Shown here piece after piece: positions 24,851 through 32,331 of a stretch of DNA of 64,000 nucleotides. Made by a program: the position numbers and the translations under genes. How positions within the stretch are numbered: position 1 is the first letter of the stretch; each line of letters begins with the position of its first letter. The DNA comes from Mayamaea pseudoterrestris (taxonomy: Eukaryota), in assembly GCA_027923505.1 (NCBI GenBank), contig BROI01000029.1, positions 248,001 through 312,000 on the forward strand. Reading direction: 5' to 3'. Under the pieces are notes generated by a model. The model saw only the letters and a program-made list of their open reading frames with translations, was not told the origin of the DNA and searched no databases.

Positions 24851-25151
24851 TCTTTGCCGCAGCTGAAAGCGGAAGGAAAAGACTACACTATATGTTACAG
24901 TCGCCAGCGTGGCGACACCATACGGCTTTGAAAGCTGCGTGGTTGCAGATAAGCCCCTGAGCGTGTTGAAGAGCATCCTTTGATCCTCCTTCGCCCTGCT
25001 CGGAGCCATTCTTTTGAAGAAGGCAAGCTCCTTCCAAGCAGCCCCTCCTGTTGTTGTTGTTGTTGTTGCTACAGTCGCTTGTCCTTTGATTCCTTTAGAG
25101 AGCTGCCTCGAGTGCTGCTTTTGACAAGGAAAGAAGATAGAATTAAGTGCA
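24851..25151 (+). repeat. Split direct repeat A1 (301 bp)
   Basis: Matches 31500-31803 apart from one TGT microsatellite unit (6 vs 7 copies). Confidence 0.95.
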
Positions 25152-25158
25152 TTCCTCC

Positions 25159-27313
25159 ATGGCCGCCGTCAATGGAGCTGACGCCGCTGCCGCAGCCGCC
25201 GCCATTCCTTTTGCCGGGGCCACTCTCCCTACGGTCACCTTCCTTGCCCGTTACAGTCAGGCAAGTAATGATCCTTTGAACGGTGAATACAATGGTTTGA
25301 ACGGTCTCACTCGCACTGCCGATCCTCCTTTAACTGCAGCTGATTGCTTTAAAGGTTTGGTCGACACGCCCTTGGAGACCGCTCCCATCCTTGTTGCTGC
25401 CTTGGTCGAGGCCGACCAGCCTCTGCATGGTTGCATTCACGCCATTGTCGGGGCCCAGCGGTACCTTGCCGTTGCAGGTCGCACCAACCGCTGGGACAAT
25501 CGAGTCATCGGTTTTGGTACGGAGGTTTTCCAAGGCACGGCAGGCCTCGTCGAACTGACGGTGGCAGATTTTCATCTCAGTCCATTGAACGGGCACTTCA
25601 CAAATGTGCCAGCGACATTGGCACAAACAATGGAGCGATTGCAAGGCTTGCCTGCTGGCACTGAGTATTTGCCTCCATTGCAGCCGGTTGACGAAGACGA
25701 TGCGACCATTGTCCAAGGTCGTGCGCGGATGGTTCAGGCCTTGCCCGTGCGGTTCGCACCGCTGGTGATTGGGCAGGGTTTTACGCGGCGCGAATTCTTC
25801 GACCGTTTGGCGCCGGCTATTATTGATGCGGGGCTGGAACATGTCTTGACCAACCTTTGCACTTGGCTAAAGCTATTGGTTACTTGCCGAGCCGCTGATG
25901 GAGTGCCTACTATTCCAGGGAATTGCACGAGCCGCACCGAGCTGGGATGCCGATGTGGCCCGGTTCACCTCGACCAACTTGCGGCGCCTCTTGCCGGACT
26001 TGTTCGCCCAACCCGATCCAAATCAAAGTGCTTTGGTCAACCTTCTGGAGCGCCAAGCTAATGATGCAGCCGAAGTCCGAGCCCGTGAAGAGGCTCGCGC
26101 CGAAGCAGCCAAGGCACCCAAGAAAGTCTCCGACATTTTAACTGCGACACAATTACGGCGCACTAGCATCATGCTACGCATTGCTTCACCAAGTGGCTAT
26201 CCCGAACTGCACCACCTCCTAGCCGCCACGGCTGACAAGGACAAGCGCAAGGTAGTGCAAGACCATCTAGTTGAGGGTGCGGTGGCAGCGGGTAACCAAG
26301 ACTATGCTCCTATTGTGACGCCGCACATTAGCCGACGGCTTCAAGATGGAGACTTTGCAGGCGCCGACAAGGATGATTTTAGTGGAGGCATCAATGTCTT
26401 CATGATGGTACCACCCAATCTGACTGTTCTCCAAGGCTCAAACATGTCAGCTGAAGTCCTCCAAGCGGCGCAGGCGCATGACGACATCCTAAGTGGCGGT
26501 CATGCAATCACCTACCAAGATACTAAGGAGCTCCAGGCTGTTACTTCCAAAGTGGTGCTGCCAACCAACTACTTCCTGGCAGCACGCATGTGCCGGGCCT
26601 ACCTAATCCTCCTCACACAGTACTTTGGGGAAGATCATGAGCTTGTCTGCACATTGGAGCATTGGACCAAGACATTTGAAGCCAACATTCCTACCTATCA
26701 GCACGCCTTGGCTAGCCTTGGTGAGCAGGGACCCTCCCTCATGCTGCGAGCAGTCCAAGTCCGCTTCCACCGTTGGTTCAAGACTATGGAGACTTCTCCC
26801 ACCTACAAGGCCGTCCCGGATCTGGCCAGTGTCATGGAGGACTTGGAAATTGGCAATCTCTCTGTCCTGCCTCCTTTGCCTGCCAAGTATTGCACTCAAC
26901 TAAGCAAGCAACTCAACAAGGCAGCCGACATCCCAGGATCCATCAAGGTTGGTAGCAGTGTCAACAGCAAAGGCACTCATACCACCGCAGCTTCTACTTT
27001 GACTGGTGCAAGCGGCAACAGTCCTTCTACCAAGGCGAATGAGGTGGTCATCAACCTGGATTACAACCCAGCCTTTGAAGCCTTCCAGAAGGACAAGCGC
27101 CAACTCCGCTTGATGAGGAAGAATCCCGAGGACAAGAGTTGGCCCACCAAGGATAGCATCCCAGGACTCGCTACTGCTCCCTGCATGGCTTATCATTTGC
27201 GTGGCAAATGTGACTCATTGTGCAAGCGCAAAGCCGACCACATCCAGCATAGTCAGGCAGCTGATGATGCCTTGTTGGCTTGGGCATTGGAGCATCTTGA
27301 GCCCCGCAATTGA
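25159..27313 (+). CDS. Retrotransposon Gag-like ORF1 with C-terminal Cys/His zinc finger; +1 frameshift near 25918-25922
   Basis: Overlapping ORFs 25147-26061 and 25898-27313 join as ...PTIPG/IARAAPSW...; CMAYHLRGKCDSLCKRKADH finger. Confidence 0.75.
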
Positions 27314-30300
27314 CGGTCCGGCGGGCGGATCCCTATATGTTATAATCCGCTGACGCCTGCAACCTCTGCTGTTCCACCATCCAGAGTCGCAGGTCCAGTT
27401 GTCGAAAATGAAGAAGTAGTTCCAGTAATTAAGTCGCCCAGTAGTAAACGTTTTAAATCTACTGTGTCACCTGTCCTATCTCCTGAACTTGGTAAGCAAG
27501 CTGGCGTGCATGTTGTGCAGAAAGAACCATTGTTACTGCCCACACCACGTCTCTTGCCTACTGCTGCCAGGAATGTAATCAAATTGGCCTCTGTCCCCGG
27601 TCCCACTGCGTCCCTGGTCCAAGTCCAAGCAAGTCAACTCCAAGCAAGTCGTCAAGTTGTCCGCCCTGAGTGTCGTCCAACCTTGGCTCCTAGCACCAAT
27701 CCATCTGTTGCCGTCACACCTACACACCAGGCTGTGGCTTCTCCAGGCCCCCTTGAATCGTCTGTCGCCGTCGCACCTGAGGATGTGGCTTCTCCAGGCC
27801 TTCACACCGCTGATGCCTCTCCAGTGGCTGCTCCAGTCCCATGTACTGGCGCCTCCCCAGTTGTGGTGTCACACCAAGCCATGGCTCCACACTTGGTTGC
27901 CAGCAAGGCTGCTCCTACCATGGCACCACACTTGGCATTCAGCAAGGCTGCTCCACTCTCAATGGAAGCCACTGCTGCACCTGCACAGTCACCTGCCATG
28001 GCAACTGGCTGGGCTCCACACTGGGCCTCTCAGCCAAAGGCACACGACCTGGTCTCCCCAAAGGCATCTGCACCTCCTTGCACTTTGCCTGGCAGTCTTC
28101 CTACATCCAAGTTGCCTTCACACACCAACACCTCATCCTTGCAACTACTTGATGATGAATTGGGGCAGCTGGTTCAGGAGGCATCTGCACGTCTTGCTTT
28201 GTCTCCGGATTGGCGTGCCTTTGTGGAGGCCAGCCGCGGCGCCTCTGACTTACAGCCCAGCGTCAAGGATCTGGATCATCCAGCTGCACATTTGCTACAC
28301 CAATTGGATGCACGTGGCGCACCAGCCATTATGCAGAAAAAGCCTTGGACACTAGCACAAAAGCAAATGGCGCTCAAGAGGGGCCCTCACAAGTCTGCCT
28401 TTGAACACACTGCTTTTCTGCGGGAGGAGTTCACTGACATGATCAAGAAAGGCCACTGGACCGTCCTACCAGCCTCACAGGTCCTTGGAATGGAACAACT
28501 CCGACTCAGTCCACTTGGTGTTGTGCCTCAGCGCGACCGGCGACCTCGGACCATCTCCGACTACAGCTACTTTGGGGTCAATGATGACACTGCTGCAGTT
28601 GCGCCACTGGAGTCCATGCAGTTTGGCCGCACTTTTTATCGTTTGCTGCAACGCATTGCTCGAGCCAACCCCCGCTATGGGCCCGTCCACATGTCCAAGT
28701 TGGATATTGCTGATGGATTTTACCGTGTGCGTTTGCTGCCTGGAGATATCCCCAAGCTTGGTGTCTTGTTTCCTCAGTGTGCTGGTGAGGAGCCTCTGAT
28801 TGCTTTTCCACTCACACTGCCGATGGGTTGGATTCATTCTCCACCCTATTTCTGTGCAGTGACAGAGACCATTTGTGACTTAGCCAATCAAGCCTTCCAG
28901 TGTGGTGCCAAGTCACCACCGCCTCACCGTCTGGAGTTACAAGCTCAAACCTTACCAGCTACCACCACTCCAACACCCCTGCCTGGAAGTGTGCCCGCAC
29001 AAGGCTCTGTCCCACCTATTGTGACTGTGGAGGATATGCCCATCAATGATCCTAGTGTGGCGCCTCTTCCTGCTCCACGCCAGCGCTCTGATATCCTCCA
29101 GCGTCCTGTTGCATACAATGACTTGTATGTGGATGACTTGATTGCTTTAGCCCAAGGCAATCCGGATCGGCTGCTAAGGTTGCAACGTGTTCTCCTGCAC
29201 ACATTTGACCAAGTTCTACGCCCACTGGAGCCCACTGACTTACCTGCTCGTCAAGAACCAGTGTCTGTCAAGAAGTTACTCAAAGGAGATGGTGCTTGGA
29301 CCACTCGCAAGCAAGTCCTGGGTTGGTTGGTTGATACCGTCGCCATGACTGTTGCATTGCCAGCCCATCGCCTGGAACGCCTACGTGAGATCCTAGCTAG
29401 TATCCCTCCTACTCGGCGCCGCATTGCCACCAAGCAGTGGCACAAGTTCTTGGCGAGCTGCGCTCCATGTCCTTGGCCATTCCTGGCAGCCGTGGTCTGT
29501 TCAGTTCCTTGCAAGAGGCCTTTCGCCATCCTGATGGTCACTCTGGTCGTTTGCGGTTGACCCAGGCAGTGCATGACTTTCTGGAAGATTTTCGATGGAT
29601 TGCGGCTGGTCTAGAGACACGACCAACACGCATTGCTGAATTGATTCCTGATGACCCGGCTATTGTGGGCACTACTGATGCATCTGGTCGTGGCGCTGGG
29701 GCCGTGGCCTTTGTCTCCATGCCCACCAATGCCCTACAACCAATCTTGTGGCGTGCCAGGTTCCCTCCTCACATTGAGGCGGACTTGGTGAGTTTTGACA
29801 ACCCACATGGCACTATTACCAATAGTGATTTGGAATTGTTTGGGACGGTTCTCCATCATGATGTTTTGGCACACAATTTTGACATACGTGAGCGCACCAT
29901 TCACACCTCCCATGACAACACTCCGGCTGTCGCTTGGCAGCGCAAGGGCTCTACTACCTCCACTGGCCCAGCAGCATACCTCCTCCGATGCCAGTCCTTG
30001 CATCAACGCACACATCGCTATGTTCCCCTCCATGATTACATTCCTGGTCCAGTGAATGAAATGGCGGACAAGGCCTCCCGTTTGTGGCATTTGTCTGACT
30101 CTGAATTACTCACCTACTTTAACACTCATTACCCACAGCCTCTACCTTGGCAACTGTACCAACCACGACCCGCGATGCTTTCTACCATGATTACCGCACT
30201 GTCCAAGACCAGATCCGTGCCGGAGTCGTTCCTTCAAGAGCCGCCTCCGCGGACAAGCATTGGGCCTCATGGTGTGACTTCTGTCTTGAACACCATCTCG

Positions 30301-30672
30301 ACCCTTTCCTCAAAACCTTGGATGACCCAGTCCCAACTCTCCAAGTCTGGGCAACCCGTTACCGCGATGGCCGACTCTCCGCCAGCGGTCAACCCGTCCG
30401 CGCTGCAACAGTGGCGGACGCCATCCGTGCGGTGGGCCAGACGTTCGCCCGCATGGGGTCCCACGACATTCGACAAGATTCCTGTGGCAAAATTGACTAC
30501 CGGCTGCAGCAACAATTTAAATGCTGGCACCGCGAAGATCCAGCCCCTACTCGCGTCAAACCAATTCCGGTCACCATTGTGCAACACATCCTGGCCCAAG
30601 CCTATTCTGGACCAGGCTCACCTGCCCTGCAAACCTTTGCCGACATCATCACCCTGGGTTTCTTCTTCTTGA
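27314..30672 (+). CDS. Retrotransposon Pol: Pro/Ala-rich linker, reverse transcriptase and RNase H; -1 frameshift near 29443-29447
   Basis: LSPLGVVPQRDRRPRTISDYS, KLDIADGFYRV, LPMGWIHSPPYFC, YVDD; RNase H TTDASG, NSDLEL, DNTPAVAW, ADKASR; frame open from 27314. Confidence 0.92.
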
Positions 30673-31295
30673 TGCGCCCTGGTGAGTACACTGGCACCCA
30701 CGGTGGCAACACCCCACCACTACGCCTAGGTGCAGTCCAACTCTGTCTGGGTTCCCGCCGTCTTGATCTCTTTGCTGCACCAGCTGCAGATTTGTTGGCG
30801 GCTTCCCAGGTGTCGTTCACATTTGATAATCAGAAAAATGGTGTCCGCGGTGAAGTCATTAGCCAAGGCCGCACTGGCTTGTTCCATTGCTGTCCGGTGC
30901 TTGCTGCTGCTCGGCGCATTCTTTATTTGCGTGAGCATGGTGCTACTGCCCACACACCGCTTGCAACCTACTGGTGTGCTAATCGTCCTCTTGGCGTCAA
31001 GAATGGGGAGATTACGCGCACCCTTCGCAATGCTGTCATCGCACTTGGTCCTACCCTGGGCTTAGACCCCTCCGACATTGAGGCTCGCTCCCTGCGCGCT
31101 GGTGGTGCTATGGCTCTCCTCAATGGCGGCTGCGATGACAATATTATAAAATTGATGGGCCGCTGGCGTTCTGACGCAATGCTACGCTACCTGCATGGCA
31201 CTGCTGCTCACACCACCGGCTACGCTGCTCGCATGGTCCAAGGTGGCACCTACACCCTGGTCCCTGGCACCTTTGTCCCGCAGCAGCCCATCTAA
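30123..31295 (+). CDS. Retrotransposon tyrosine recombinase (overlaps the pol 3' end, no 5' ATG)
   Basis: FFFLMRPGEY (R), NQKNG (K), CCPV, RSLRAGGA (R), GRWRSDAMLRYL (W, catalytic Y). Confidence 0.92.
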   Translation, partial: HSLPTASTLATVPTTTRDAFYHDYRTVQDQIRAGVVPSRAASADKHWASWCDFCLEHHLDPFLKTLDDPVPTLQVWATRYRDGRLSASGQPVRAATVADAIRAVGQTFARMGSHDIRQDSCGKIDYRLQQQFKCWHREDPAPTRVKPIPVTIVQHILAQAYSGPGSPALQTFADIITLGFFFLMRPGEYTGTHGGNTPPLRLGAVQLCLGSRRLDLFAAPAADLLAASQVSFTFDNQKNGVRGEVISQGRTGLFHCCPVLAAARRILYLREHGATAHTPLATYWCANRPLGVKNGEITRTLRNAVIALGPTLGLDPSDIEARSLRAGGAMALLNGGCDDNIIKLMGRWRSDAMLRYLHGTAAHTTGYAARMVQGGTYTLVPGTFVPQQPI

Positions 31296-31381
31296 CCTAC
31301 CCACCACACTCGCTTCGCTCGTTTCCCACCCGTCTCTTTGGGTGTCCTTTGTCCTCCAAGATGAAAAGTGGGTGGCAAGGA

Positions 31382-31499
31382 GGCGCACGCCTTGGGGCGG
31401 CGAGGAGGCAAATTAAGTAAAATGCCTTACTCTCCACCCAACTGTGTGCCATCCTTAAAACCCTGTAGCTGGAAGTAGTGGCTAAGACGGGGAAACCCG
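31382..31499 (+). repeat. Split direct repeat B1 (118 bp)
   Basis: Identical to 31822-31939; abuts A2. Confidence 0.95.
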
Positions 31500-31803
31500 T
31501 CTTTGCCGCAGCTGAAAGCGGAAGGAAAAGACTACACTATATGTTACAGTCGCCAGCGTGGCGACACCATACGGCTTTGAAAGCTGCGTGGTTGCAGATA
31601 AGCCCCTGAGCGTGTTGAAGAGCATCCTTTGATCCTCCTTCGCCCTGCTCGGAGCCATTCTTTTGAAGAAGGCAAGCTCCTTCCAAGCAGCCCCTCCTGT
31701 TGTTGTTGTTGTTGTTGTTGCTACAGTCGCTTGTCCTTTGATTCCTTTAGAGAGCTGCCTCGAGTGCTGCTTTTGACAAGGAAAGAAGATAGAATTAAGT
31801 GCA
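31500..31803 (+). repeat. Split direct repeat A2 (304 bp)
   Basis: Copy of 24851-25151 with one extra TGT. Confidence 0.95.
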
Positions 31804-31821
31804 CCCACCCTCCCGTCCCTC

Positions 31822-31939
31822 GGCGCACGCCTTGGGGCGGCGAGGAGGCAAATTAAGTAAAATGCCTTACTCTCCACCCAACTGTGTGCCATCCTTAAAA
31901 CCCTGTAGCTGGAAGTAGTGGCTAAGACGGGGAAACCCG
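31822..31939 (+). repeat. Split direct repeat B2 (118 bp), right end of element
   Basis: Identical to 31382-31499; separated from A2 by an 18-bp C-rich spacer. Confidence 0.95.
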
Positions 31940-32304
31940 CTAAGATAGATGCCAAGAAACCAATACCAGCAACCGTCAAGAGTGCGCTGACTGGTAAAGC
32001 GATTCCTGGTTTAGTAGCTGACACGGGTAAGAGTGCTTCTGCTTTGAAACGAGAGAAGCAAAAACTCAAGAAGCAGCAAGAGGAAGCCAAGCAGAAGCAA
32101 CAGGAGATACTTGAACAACAACAGCAACAAGCGGAAGCCCAAGAGCCAGTAGATCCTGCTAAAAGAAGTAAGAAAATCAACAAAATATTGAAGCAGATTG
32201 ATGAACTGAAAACCAAGGATCCATCTGCGCTTGACGAGGATCAAAAGGCAAAGATTGCGTCGGAAGCTGGTCTACGGGAAGAGCTTAAGAAGCTAGGAAT
32301 ATAA
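31940..32304 (+). CDS. EIF2A: eIF2A 3' part (C-terminal coiled coil)
   Basis: [17 protein letters not shown]...[12 protein letters not shown]...EL resembles the eIF2A C-terminus; in frame with the 5' part once the element is removed (GCC A|CT AAG ATA). Confidence 0.88.
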
Positions 32305-32331
32305 TGAGGTTAAGCATACTGTAATATCCTT

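Larger units (their letters stand above)
24851..31939 (+). mobile_element. Tyrosine-recombinase retrotransposon (DIRS order, Ngaro/PAT-like) with split direct repeats
   Basis: A1-gag-pol(RT/RNase H)-YR-B1-A2-B2 architecture; no TSD; its removal restores the eIF2A frame. Confidence 0.95.

Noticed and set aside
23116..24960. 614-aa ORF as a complete eIF2A
   Set aside because: The last ~36 residues come from repeat A1; the real C-terminus is at 31940-32304
25879..25918. 40-nt intron repairing the gag frameshift
   Set aside because: Weak donor (GTTACT) and much shorter than the other introns here (73 nt or more); a 1-bp indel is simpler
24851..31803. A1/A2 interpreted as LTRs of a copia/gypsy element
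   Set aside because: No TG...CA ends, no TSD, no integrase or protease motifs; the element continues to B2 and encodes a tyrosine recombinase
24851..31939. Element removable as a spliceosomal intron restoring eIF2A
   Set aside because: Ends are TCT...CCG rather than GT...AG; no supported splice pair at the boundaries
31482..32216. 244-aa minus-strand ORF, and poly-Cys ORFs at 24980-25279 and 31629-31856
   Set aside because: By-products of the TGT microsatellite in repeat A and antisense to the eIF2A 3' part
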